Part shown: piece after piece, positions 54,340 through 63,536 of the stretch
Position numbering within the stretch: position 1 is the stretch's first letter
Layout of the letters: every line of letters begins with the position of its first letter
Source: an uncultured Eubacteriales bacterium
GTDB taxonomy: Bacteria > Bacillota > Clostridia > Oscillospirales > Acutalibacteraceae
Reading direction: 5' to 3'
NCBI GenBank assembly: GCA_900315785.1
Contig: ONAL01000010.1
Location: forward strand, 4,437-68,436
DNA: 64,000 nucleotides
Notes under the pieces: generated by a model
Databases searched by the model: none
Told to the model about the DNA's origin: nothing
Seen by the model: the letters and a program-made list of their open reading frames with translations, nothing else
Position numbers and translations under genes: made by a program

Positions 54340-55893
54340 ATGAGATATATTGATTATATGCAGCTAAATCCTTTCCAGAAATTCGGCTATAACTTCGTAA
54401 ACTTCTTCAAGAAGCTGCCCGGAAATATCGCGAGGTTCTTCAAATTCATTGGACATGCGATAGTACGCTTCTTCGTTGGAATCGGCAAGGGATTGGCCGG
54501 ATACGGAAAAAGATTCGTTAAGGGCGATATTTTCGTAAAATTATCTTATCTTGTTTTCGGCGTCTCCAACATGGTGAGAGGCCAGATTATCAAGGGTCTT
54601 ATTTTCCTGTTCAGTGAAGTTGCGTACATACTGTTTATGATTAACTTCGGATGGGGTTATATTTCCAAGATCAACGTAACAGGTACAGGCGTTGTCAACG
54701 GTGAGACTGTATCTTATCCTCACTCCCTCGGTTACGAGGCTATGAGACAGACATTCACACCCGACGGCTTCCCCGAGACTGTTTATGTTGATAACTCAAT
54801 GCTTATCCTTCTCTACTCCGTTCTTACAATCATCATCACGGTTGTATTCTTAGCTGTTTATATCGCGAACACCAAGAGCGCGTTCAAGGTATACGAAGCA
54901 AAGAAGAACGGCGAGAAGATTATGGGCTTCAGAGAAGAAATCAAGTCTTTCTTCGACGAGAAGTTCCACATCACACTTATGTCGCTTCCGTGCTTGCTGA
55001 TCGGCTGCTTCACGGTGCTCCCGCTTATCTTCATGATTCTTATCGCGTTCACAACGTACGATAAGTCTCACCTCCCGCCCGGAACACTCTTCCAGTGGGC
55101 AGGTCTCAAGAACTTCGGCGAGCTCGTAAACTTCGTCGGCGGCGACGTAAAGGCACGTACATTCTTAAGCCTTGCTGAATGGACTGTTATCTGGGCTATC
55201 TTCGCTACCTTCTCGAACTACATCCTCGGTATGGTAGTAGCTCTTATGATTAACAAGAAGGGCATCAAGCTCAAGGCTTTATGGAGAACACTCTTCGTAG
55301 TAGTAGTAGCTGTTCCCCAGTTCGTATCCCTTCTCCTTATGGCTCAGATCCTGGCTGAGAACGGCGGTGCTCTCAACCAGCTCATCGAAATGATTACAGG
55401 CAACCACACGCCGATCAAGTTCCTTAACGGTACTCCTTTGGCGGCGCGTATAACCGTAATTATAGTCAATATCTGGGTAGGTATCCCGTATACCATCCTT
55501 ATCACATCCGGTATTCTTATGAACATTCCTGCCGACCTTTACGAATCGGCAACAATCGACGGCGCGGGCCCTGTCAAGAGCTTTACAAAGATTACTCTTC
55601 CGTACATGCTCTTCGTTACAACCCCGTACCTCATCACAAGCTTTATCGGAAACATCAACAACTTCAACGTTATCTATCTGTTATCAGGCGGCGGTCCGTC
55701 GAACCCCGACGCGTACAACGCGGGTCACACCGATATCCTTGTAACCTGGCTCTTTAACCTCACCATGGGTGAGAAACAGGACTACAAGCTCGCTGCTGCG
55801 ATAGGTATCCTCGTATTTATTGTCTGCGCGACCTTGTCACTCATCACGTTCAATATGACGAAGTCCGCAAAGGATGAGGAGGCGTTCTCATGA
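54340..55893 (+). CDS. sugar ABC transporter permease (MalF-like, extended N-terminus)
   Basis: Polytopic; EAA-type loop (ESATIDGAGPVKSFTKITLP). Confidence 0.85.
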   Translation: MRYIDYMQLNPFQKFGYNFVNFFKKLPGNIARFFKFIGHAIVRFFVGIGKGLAGYGKRFVKGDIFVKLSYLVFGVSNMVRGQIIKGLIFLFSEVAYILFMINFGWGYISKINVTGTGVVNGETVSYPHSLGYEAMRQTFTPDGFPETVYVDNSMLILLYSVLTIIITVVFLAVYIANTKSAFKVYEAKKNGEKIMGFREEIKSFFDEKFHITLMSLPCLLIGCFTVLPLIFMILIAFTTYDKSHLPPGTLFQWAGLKNFGELVNFVGGDVKARTFLSLAEWTVIWAIFATFSNYILGMVVALMINKKGIKLKALWRTLFVVVVAVPQFVSLLLMAQILAENGGALNQLIEMITGNHTPIKFLNGTPLAARITVIIVNIWVGIPYTILITSGILMNIPADLYESATIDGAGPVKSFTKITLPYMLFVTTPYLITSFIGNINNFNVIYLLSGGGPSNPDAYNAGHTDILVTWLFNLTMGEKQDYKLAAAIGILVFIVCATLSLITFNMTKSAKDEEAFS

Positions 55894-56780
55894 TAAAAAG
55901 TTATAAGCTCAGACGCGGCCTCGCAAATACGTTTATTTACATTATCCTTGCTGTTTTAGGTATTATCTGGGTTTCTCCCCTTGTATACTTAATCCTGCAG
56001 TCATTCTCAGCTGACCCCGAGGCTATTCCTCAGTCGCTGGTTCCCGCAAGTTACGGATTTGACAACTATGTAAAGCTCTTTACAGAGACAAGTTCGCTTA
56101 ACTTCCCGAGATGGTACATCAACACATTCGTTATCGCTTGCTTCAGCTGCGTAATTTCTACAATCAGCGTACTCATGGTAGCGTATGCGTTCTCCCGTCT
56201 CCGCTTTAAGAGCCGTAAAAAGTTCATCAACATCGGTATGATCCTCGGTATGTTCCCCGGCTTCATGACCATGATCGCTATCTACTACCTCTTAAAGGCT
56301 ATGGGTCTCCTTGACCTGACAAACATTCTCGGTATCCCCGGCTTTGACGGACCTATTCTCTCATTGATTATTTGTTATTCGTCAGGCGCAGGTCTGGGCT
56401 ACCAGATTTCCAAGGGCTTCTTCGATACAATCCCGAGAGCTCTTGATGAGGCTGCGACAATCGACGGCGCAACACGTAACCAGATTTTCTGGAAGATTAT
56501 TCTTCCCATGTCCAAGCCTATCGTTGTTTACACGGTACTTACATCCTTCATCGGACCTTGGACAGACTTTATCCTTGCAAAGATTATCGCGGGCGATAAG
56601 GTTAACAACTACACTGTTGCTATCGGTCTCCAGCGTATGATCGACGTTGACCACAAGAACCAGTGGTTCAAGCGATTCCTTGCAGGCTCGGTACTCGTTG
56701 CTGTTCCTGTAACAGCCCTGTTCCTCAAGATGCAGAATTACTACGTTGGCGGCGTAACAGCCGGTGGCGTAAAGGGTTAA
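55890..56780 (+). CDS. sugar ABC transporter permease (MalG-like)
   Basis: EAA loop (DEAATIDGATRNQIFWKIILP); ATGA overlap with the upstream permease. Confidence 0.9.
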   Translation: MIKSYKLRRGLANTFIYIILAVLGIIWVSPLVYLILQSFSADPEAIPQSLVPASYGFDNYVKLFTETSSLNFPRWYINTFVIACFSCVISTISVLMVAYAFSRLRFKSRKKFINIGMILGMFPGFMTMIAIYYLLKAMGLLDLTNILGIPGFDGPILSLIICYSSGAGLGYQISKGFFDTIPRALDEAATIDGATRNQIFWKIILPMSKPIVVYTVLTSFIGPWTDFILAKIIAGDKVNNYTVAIGLQRMIDVDHKNQWFKRFLAGSVLVAVPVTALFLKMQNYYVGGVTAGGVKG

Positions 56781-56800
56781 TCCCTGATTCCAAAACCATT

Positions 56801-56829
56801 AGGGGCGACTTCGGTCGCCCCTTTTTGTT
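56801..56829 (+). terminator. rho-independent terminator between permease and GH13 gene
   Basis: AGGGGCGAC-ttcg-GTCGCCCCT followed by TTTTGTT. Confidence 0.75.
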
Positions 56830-56841
56830 AGAGGTGAACTT

Positions 56842-58455
56842 ATGAAAAGGATATTTGCCTTATTACTGACTTTGACAATAATTGCTTCGTGTCTCTGCTC
56901 CTGCTCAAAAAGCAGCAGCGAGTACGTTGACCCGACAGCTTCAATAAAGGTACAGAAATCGACAGATAAATACCGCAACTACTACGAAATCTTCGTCTCA
57001 GCCTTCAACGACAGCGACGGCGACGGCGTAGGAGATTTGCGCGGTATTATCGACAAGCTCGATTATCTCAACGACGGCGACCCCAAGACCGACACAGACC
57101 TCGGTATCGACGGAATCTGGCTTACGCCGATTATGCCGTCCCCGTCATATCACAAGTACGACGTTGACAACTACTTTGACATCGACGAAAACTTCGGCAC
57201 GCTCGACGACTTCGACGAGCTCGTGACCGAGTGCCATAAGCGCGGTATCAATCTGATTATCGATATGGTGCTCAATCACTGCTCGAGCACAAATCCGCTC
57301 TTCAAGTCAGCTTGCGAACAGGCACTGAGCGGCAATATGAAGGGTGACGCCGAGTATTTTGAAATTCACAAGTTTGACGAGAGCCCCGGTGAGGGCTACA
57401 CAGGTATCGGCAAGAACCTGTTCTATGAGAGCAACTTCTCCGAGCATATGCCCGAGTGGAACCTCAACTCCGACAAAACACGCGACTATTTTGAGAAGAT
57501 AGCTAAGTTCTGGCTCAAAAAGCACAAGGTGGACGGCTTCCGCCTTGACGCGACGCTCTACTATACCAACGACCACACCGACGGACAGGCGTTCCTCAAG
57601 TGGTATTACTCAATGGCTCAGAAATACAAGTCCGACGTTTATATGGTCGGCGAGCACTGGACAGGCAACGCGGAAATCGAGGAGATGTACAACTCGGGTA
57701 TCGACAGCTTCTTTGCCTTCGGCTTTGCAGGCTCCGCGGGCGGTTTTGTGAACTCCGTAATCACCTCGAACGGCTCGGGTCTTGCCAAGAACGTCAAGTC
57801 CTATATCGAGGAGACCAAGAAGTCGAACCCCAACGCAATCAACAGCTTCTTCCTCTCAAATCACGACCAGATTCGAAGCGGAAACTATCTCAGTCTCCGT
57901 GACTCCGCGGGCACCAAAATGGCTGCCGCGCTCTATATGCTTATGCCGGGCAATTCCTTCTTCTACTACGGCGAGGAAATCGGCACAACTCAGGACGCAA
58001 CCAAGAACGACGACCAGTACAAGCGTGAGCCGATGATCTGGGACAGCGAAAACCTTCCCGATATCCGCGTCAGCGGAGCAGGCGCCGACGCTAACCACGC
58101 GTCCTACGGCGGCGTTAAGCAGCAGGAAAAGGACAAGAAATCAATTCTCAACTTCTACAAGAGGGTTATTAAGGTCAAGAACCAGAACCCCGCAATCGCG
58201 CGCGGTATAATCACCAAAACCGACGGCTTCAAGGACGAATGCATCTGCGGCTATTATGTCGAGTACAAGGGCGAAAAGCTCCTGATTGTCCATAACGTCT
58301 CCGACGAGCTGAGCAAGACGGTCGAGCTCTCCGACGACTGCGAGCTCCGCGCCGACCTCGTCGCTTCGGAAAAGAACGGCAAGAAGCACATCAACCTTGA
58401 CGGCAAGAAGCTGAAGCTCCTGCCTTATTCAACGGCGGTTCTCAAGGTGAAGTGA
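56842..58455 (+). CDS. GH13 alpha-glucan hydrolase lipoprotein (amylase/oligo-glucosidase type)
   Basis: Lipobox IIASC; GH13 regions DMVLNH, GFRLDA, GEHW, LSNHDQ. Confidence 0.85.
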   Translation: MKRIFALLLTLTIIASCLCSCSKSSSEYVDPTASIKVQKSTDKYRNYYEIFVSAFNDSDGDGVGDLRGIIDKLDYLNDGDPKTDTDLGIDGIWLTPIMPSPSYHKYDVDNYFDIDENFGTLDDFDELVTECHKRGINLIIDMVLNHCSSTNPLFKSACEQALSGNMKGDAEYFEIHKFDESPGEGYTGIGKNLFYESNFSEHMPEWNLNSDKTRDYFEKIAKFWLKKHKVDGFRLDATLYYTNDHTDGQAFLKWYYSMAQKYKSDVYMVGEHWTGNAEIEEMYNSGIDSFFAFGFAGSAGGFVNSVITSNGSGLAKNVKSYIEETKKSNPNAINSFFLSNHDQIRSGNYLSLRDSAGTKMAAALYMLMPGNSFFYYGEEIGTTQDATKNDDQYKREPMIWDSENLPDIRVSGAGADANHASYGGVKQQEKDKKSILNFYKRVIKVKNQNPAIARGIITKTDGFKDECICGYYVEYKGEKLLIVHNVSDELSKTVELSDDCELRADLVASEKNGKKHINLDGKKLKLLPYSTAVLKVK

Positions 58456-58760
58456 TGACCGACTTTGAACTAAGTGTTTACAACGCGGTCAAAAAAGTAC
58501 CGAGAGGTTTCGTCACAACCTACGGCGATATTGCGCGCTATCTCGGAAACCGAGGGCTTGCGCGAGCCGTCGGAAACGCTCTCCACAAGAACCCTTATGA
58601 GGGAATTGTCCCCTGTCACCGTGTTGTGAAGGGCGACGGAAGCCTTGCTCCGAGCTTTGTTTTCGGGGGAATAACCCGTCAGAAGGAGCTTCTGGAGTTC
58701 GAGGAAGTGGAAGTGATTAACTTCAAGGTAGATTTGGAAGTATTCAGATATATTTTTTAA
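58455..58760 (+). CDS. ogt: methylated-DNA--protein-cysteine methyltransferase, single-domain (about 100 aa)
   Basis: Active-site PCHRVV with Cys retained; start overlaps the GH13 stop (TGATG). Confidence 0.8.
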   Translation: MTDFELSVYNAVKKVPRGFVTTYGDIARYLGNRGLARAVGNALHKNPYEGIVPCHRVVKGDGSLAPSFVFGGITRQKELLEFEEVEVINFKVDLEVFRYIF

Positions 58761-58765
58761 AAACG

Positions 58766-58796
58766 TCAGCCGACTTGTGAAAGTCGGCTGATTTTC
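58766..58796 (+). terminator. rho-independent terminator
   Basis: TCAGCCGACTT-gtga-AAGTCGGCTGA followed by TTTTCA. Confidence 0.8.
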
Positions 58797-58910
58797 ATTA
58801 TTTCTACATCATTTCCGAAAATGTTTCCGAAAACCGCCCACACTTTATGACAAAACTTTGACCGCGCCGTCCTTATAATAGTAGGTACCAAATCAAAAGG
58901 AAGTATAAAG

Positions 58911-61229
58911 ATGAACACAATCGGAACAGCGAGACAGCGCAAGGGAGAAAACACACAGCTTATAAGGGAGATAGTCGAGTCTGGCGTCAGCTTTTTGCTT
59001 GGAATAATCGTATGCCGCGGAGTGATATTCTCGTCGCTCGCTCCGTTCGGCGTAAGCTACACCGCCGCTTGCCGCAGAAACCGCCTTATCTGGGCTCTGC
59101 TCGGCTCGTCGCTGGGCTACATAATCCTCAACCCGTCCCAGCCGTTTCGGTACATCGCGGTCTGTATTGCGGTAGGAGTGATACGCTGGACGCTTGAGGA
59201 CGTGAAGCTTCTCAGCCGTTCAATGCTCTACGCGCCCACAATCGCGTTTCTGCCGATTTTTGCGTCGGGAATAGCGATGATTTTTGTCAAGACAAGCACG
59301 CTCGGCGACTTCTCAACCGTGCTCACCGAAGCGCTTTTGTCGGCGGGAGCGGCGTTCTTTATGAAGAAAAGTATTGCGGTAATCTCCGAGGAGCGCAGAC
59401 TCTACGGGCTCAGCCAGTCTGATACCGCTTCGCTTGCGCTCACGGGCTGTATCCTGATGCTTTCGCTCGGCAGCGTCGAGGTCGAGAACGTCTCGCTCGG
59501 CAGAATCCTCTCCGTAATGACAATTCTCCTGTGCGCGCGCTACGGCTCAGCCGCGGGCGGCGCGGTCGCGGGAGCCGCCACAGGCTCGGTTTTCGGAATG
59601 AGCTCGTCGGGCTACGCTTACATCTGCGCGGGCTACAGCTTCGGCGGTCTCATCGGCGGTCTGTTTTCGCTGTCGGGCAAGCTCGGAGTAACCGTCAGCT
59701 TTTTGATTTGCAACGGGATTATGCTCCTGTCCTCGGGCGAAACGCGCGAAGCGCTGCCGCTTTTTATTGAGACAGTAATCGGCGCCGCCGCGTTTATGCT
59801 GCTTCCGCGCGAGCTCGAAAGGTACGTTACGCCGCTGTTTATGCCGCGCGACAGCTCGAGAGGGGAGAGGTCGCTCCGCGATTCGCTCGTAATGCGGCTC
59901 GACTTTGCCTCAAACGCCCTCAAAAACGTCAGCGGAAGCGTCAACAACGTAAGCCGCCGCCTGTCTCGGCTCTACGCTCCAAACGCAACCTCAATTTACG
60001 AGAACGTCAGAGGCGAGGTCTGCTCGACCTGCGGGCTGAAAACCTACTGCTGGGAGCGTCAGCAAAAGGTTACCGAGGAGGATTTCTCACGTCTCGCCGC
60101 TCCGCTCAGGGCTCAGGGCTTTGTTACCGAGGCAGATGTCGAGAGCCTGTTCTCGAAAAAGTGCTGTCGTCCGCTTGAAATTGCCGACAGTCTCACGCGC
60201 GGCTACCGCGACTACCTCGGCGGTCTTGAAGCCGCCCGACGCGTCGGAGAAATCCGCTCCGTAACCGCGGGACAATTCTCGGGCTTGTCGGAAATCCTCA
60301 GCGATTTGGCTGGCGAGCTGGAACGCTACAAGAGCTTTGACCCCGACTGCTCCGCTCGAGTGCTTGAGCATTTGCGCTCAATAGGTCTGGAGCCGAACGA
60401 CTGCGGCTGTATGCTCGACCAGAACGGCAGAATGAGCGTGGAAATCCGCTTGGAGAACGGCAGCAAAACCGCGATTAAGCGCAACGCTCTCGCAAAGGAG
60501 CTTTCGGGGCTCTGCGGCCGCTGCTTTGACACACCCGTCATAACGGAAATCGGCAGCAGAAGGCGAATAACTCTCAGCGAGATTCCGCTGTTCGACGCGG
60601 AGGTCGGCGTGTATCAGCACATCTGCGGCGGAGGAAAGCTCTGCGGCGACTGCGTCGGCTGCTTCTCCAACGGGTTCGGCGAGTTTGTAGCGCTCATCAG
60701 CGACGGAATGGGCACAGGCGGCAGAGCGGCGGTCGACAGCAATATGACCGTCTCAATCCTCAAGCGGCTTCTCAAGTCGGGCTTGTCTGACGACACGGCG
60801 CTCAAGGTCGTCAACTCCGCCCTTATGGTCAAGAGCGAGGACGAGAGCCTCAGCACGGTAGATTTGCTCAAGGTCGATTTGTTCAGCGGCAGAGCCGTAA
60901 TCGGCAAGGCTGGAGCGCCCGCAACCTTCGTCAGAAAGGGCGGACGCGTCGTAATCAAGAACGCTCCGTCGCTTCCCGTCGGAATTCTCGGCGAGGTCAG
61001 CTTTTCAAAGCAGAGCGTAAAATTATCGGAGGGAGATGTAGTTGTAATGGTATCCGACGGGGCTTTCACAGGAGAAGAAAGGTGGCTCGAAAATCTGATA
61101 AAGAGCTACGAGGACGGCACCTGTCAGGATTTGGCAAAGAAGGTTGTCGAGGAAGCGATAAAACGCCGCAACGACGGTCACGACGACGACGTTACGGCAG
61201 TAGTTTTGAAATTGCATAACGATAAATAG
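58911..61229 (+). CDS. spoIIE: stage II sporulation protein E (membrane PP2C phosphatase)
   Basis: About 10 N-terminal TM segments, central regulatory region, C-terminal PP2C domain (LISDGMGTGGRAA, VVMVSDGA, DDVTAVV). Confidence 0.9.
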   Translation: MNTIGTARQRKGENTQLIREIVESGVSFLLGIIVCRGVIFSSLAPFGVSYTAACRRNRLIWALLGSSLGYIILNPSQPFRYIAVCIAVGVIRWTLEDVKLLSRSMLYAPTIAFLPIFASGIAMIFVKTSTLGDFSTVLTEALLSAGAAFFMKKSIAVISEERRLYGLSQSDTASLALTGCILMLSLGSVEVENVSLGRILSVMTILLCARYGSAAGGAVAGAATGSVFGMSSSGYAYICAGYSFGGLIGGLFSLSGKLGVTVSFLICNGIMLLSSGETREALPLFIETVIGAAAFMLLPRELERYVTPLFMPRDSSRGERSLRDSLVMRLDFASNALKNVSGSVNNVSRRLSRLYAPNATSIYENVRGEVCSTCGLKTYCWERQQKVTEEDFSRLAAPLRAQGFVTEADVESLFSKKCCRPLEIADSLTRGYRDYLGGLEAARRVGEIRSVTAGQFSGLSEILSDLAGELERYKSFDPDCSARVLEHLRSIGLEPNDCGCMLDQNGRMSVEIRLENGSKTAIKRNALAKELSGLCGRCFDTPVITEIGSRRRITLSEIPLFDAEVGVYQHICGGGKLCGDCVGCFSNGFGEFVALISDGMGTGGRAAVDSNMTVSILKRLLKSGLSDDTALKVVNSALMVKSEDESLSTVDLLKVDLFSGRAVIGKAGAPATFVRKGGRVVIKNAPSLPVGILGEVSFSKQSVKLSEGDVVVMVSDGAFTGEERWLENLIKSYEDGTCQDLAKKVVEEAIKRRNDGHDDDVTAVVLKLHNDK

Positions 61230-61230
61230 A

Positions 61231-61254
61231 AAAGGCAGTCACACGACTGCCTTT
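61231..61254. terminator. bidirectional terminator
   Basis: AAAGGCAGTC-acac-GACTGCCTTT. Confidence 0.75.
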
Positions 61255-61256
61255 GT

Positions 61257-62318
61257 TTATGCCTTTATTTGTTTTTCTTCCTCGGCTTTTGCCGCGTCTG
61301 TCTTGTCCTTGGAGAGGTACGCGAACGGCGCGGTTACGAACACAACGAGGTAGTAGTTGATGAATCTCCAGATAAGCGCCGCGCTCTTGAGCGTTCCGTG
61401 CAGGAAGAACACGCTGAAGAACGCCGTGAATCCGAGCTCCGCGGCACCCGAAGCGCCCGGAATCGGTATCATTCCGCTCATCAGGTTAACGTACGCCTGA
61501 CACGACATAATCTGTACGGGGCTAGCGGCGTTGAAGCCGAGCGCCCTGTAGATGAAGTACGACACCATAAACATCGCCACAAACTGACAGAACGTCAGGA
61601 TTGTCGCCTTTGTCAGCAGCTTCGGCTTTTTGTAAATCTCACGGTTCGAGGTGTGGAACTCGTCGAGCTGCTTCTCGATTCCTTCGATTTTTTCATCGAC
61701 GTTCTTGATAATGCGGATTTTGTGGAGAAGCTTTGTCACAAACATTACGATTTTGTGCGACAGCTTTTCAGAAAAGCTGAAGATGAGGAATAGCACCGTA
61801 ACGCCGATTTGAGTGATGAATCCGAGCGCAAGCAGCATAATAACGAGCTTGACGTTCGGGGTCGACAGAATGAACGGAAGGTTGATGATTACGGACGCGA
61901 TGTTAATCAGCGTCAGCACAACCTGATACACCATAAATTTCTGCGTCAGACGCGAGGTCGCGTAGCCGACCTCAACCTTCATCGAGTGGAGCAGATAGAC
62001 CTGCATCGGCTGACCGCCCGTCGAGCTCGGCGTAACAGCGCACCAGAAAAGTCCCATAAGCGCCGTTTTGACCGCGTCGATGAACCTGAAATTTTTGTAA
62101 TCATCCTTGATGAAAACGTAGATTACCGACGATTCAAACAGCATAAATACCGCTTCGCTAATCAGCGCCGCGACGAACCACTGCCACAGCAGCGGCGTTT
62201 TGGAGCGAAGCAAGTCGCGCAGACCGTTCTCGCTGAAGAAGAAGTAAAGTATAATTCCGACGCACAGTCCGATGACCGCGACGTTGAGAATGTATTTAGG
62301 TTTTAGAAATTTCTTCAT
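61257..62318 (-). CDS. UPF0104 / lysyl-PG-synthase-TM-like (flippase-like) membrane protein
   Basis: 8 hydrophobic segments; TPSSTGGQPMQVY motif typical of the family. Confidence 0.75.
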   Translation of the reverse strand: MKKFLKPKYILNVAVIGLCVGIILYFFFSENGLRDLLRSKTPLLWQWFVAALISEAVFMLFESSVIYVFIKDDYKNFRFIDAVKTALMGLFWCAVTPSSTGGQPMQVYLLHSMKVEVGYATSRLTQKFMVYQVVLTLINIASVIINLPFILSTPNVKLVIMLLALGFITQIGVTVLFLIFSFSEKLSHKIVMFVTKLLHKIRIIKNVDEKIEGIEKQLDEFHTSNREIYKKPKLLTKATILTFCQFVAMFMVSYFIYRALGFNAASPVQIMSCQAYVNLMSGMIPIPGASGAAELGFTAFFSVFFLHGTLKSAALIWRFINYYLVVFVTAPFAYLSKDKTDAAKAEEEKQIKA

Positions 62319-62360
62319 AAATTTCCGTTGCCTTTCCGATTCTATTCGGCTGAGCCGAGC

Positions 62361-63536
62361 TTAGCCTTTGATTCCCGAGATAATCGGGATGTTGCTTTCG
62401 TTGTCAATGATAAAGAAAACATAGGGGCGGTCAAAGCTGAGCTTGGTTTCTGCCTCTTGCTTTTTTGACTTCGCCTTGACCTTGTCCGAGGTGTTCACGC
62501 CCGCGGCGTTAATGTTTACCGAGCAGTACTGCGCGACTGCGCCAGTCGAAGCTGTTTTACGGAACGTAAGTCCCGAGAAGCTGCCGTCCCCAAAAATCTC
62601 GCTTACGCCCGATTTTTTGACGAGCCCGCTGTAATCCTCACAGCTTTCGAGCTTAAAGGGAGCAATACTCACGTCCGCCGTTTTGAAAATATTCATAGAC
62701 TCGATAATCTCCGAATAGCTCTCGCTGTTCAGAGCTTTGAGCAGGTCGGAAACATCCTTGTCGGGGAGCAGAGCCACAAACTTGCACGGCGTGCCCTTGA
62801 AATCCTTGATGAAGCCCTTGCAGCTTTTGCCCTTGAGCAGATATTCCGTGCCCGTGAGCATATCTGAGCCGCTCTCGTCAAAGCAGCCGAGCCAGCTGTC
62901 CGAAATTACAGTCGTTCCCGACAGCGTCATATTGCCGCTCAGAGCGCTGAGGAGCTCCTTTGCCTTGCCGCCGCTCTTCTCGGAAATGTAGCCGTTCGCC
63001 TTGTCAAGCGACGAGCTGTCCGAGAAGTTCAGCTTGAACAATCCGTGATTGTAGTAGCTCACGTTTGTTCTAAGCACTGAGCCGCTGACAGGAGTGTTCT
63101 CCTCAAAGAAAATATTGTTGTCGAGCTTCACGCTCGCCTTTTTTGTTTTGATAGCCTCAAGTCGGCTGACAAAGTAGCCGTTGCCCTCGTTGATTGCGGT
63201 CGCAGACGCTTTCTTGCCAAGCAGAGTCTTGAGCTCAAGCTGCGTCGTGCCCGAAGCAATATTGTTCAGCAGCGACAGCGACGAGTAAAGCCCCGCAGTC
63301 GGAATGACGGTGTCCTTGCCGTCGTACGCGTTTCTGAGCATTTCAAGGCTGAAATCCGTCGCGGCTGTCCTGTACTCCGAGTACGAGCTAGGCGACGCGG
63401 TTTCGTTTGTGTAGCCGTAGGTCGCGCCTTCCTCGGGCTTGGTGTCCGCGGACAGGCTGTCGTTCTCGCTCAGCGCGCAGGACGCGAGAATAACCGCCGC
63501 CAGTATCAGCGAAATTGCCGTTAATAACTTCTTCAC
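62361..63536 (-). CDS. serpin-fold lipoprotein
   Basis: Lipobox ILASC; serpin-like blocks FSLEMLRN..., FVALLPDK..., C-terminal FDRPYVFFIIDN...; GTG start overlaps the upstream stop (GTGA). Confidence 0.7.
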   Translation of the reverse strand: MKKLLTAISLILAAVILASCALSENDSLSADTKPEEGATYGYTNETASPSSYSEYRTAATDFSLEMLRNAYDGKDTVIPTAGLYSSLSLLNNIASGTTQLELKTLLGKKASATAINEGNGYFVSRLEAIKTKKASVKLDNNIFFEENTPVSGSVLRTNVSYYNHGLFKLNFSDSSSLDKANGYISEKSGGKAKELLSALSGNMTLSGTTVISDSWLGCFDESGSDMLTGTEYLLKGKSCKGFIKDFKGTPCKFVALLPDKDVSDLLKALNSESYSEIIESMNIFKTADVSIAPFKLESCEDYSGLVKKSGVSEIFGDGSFSGLTFRKTASTGAVAQYCSVNINAAGVNTSDKVKAKSKKQEAETKLSFDRPYVFFIIDNESNIPIISGIKG

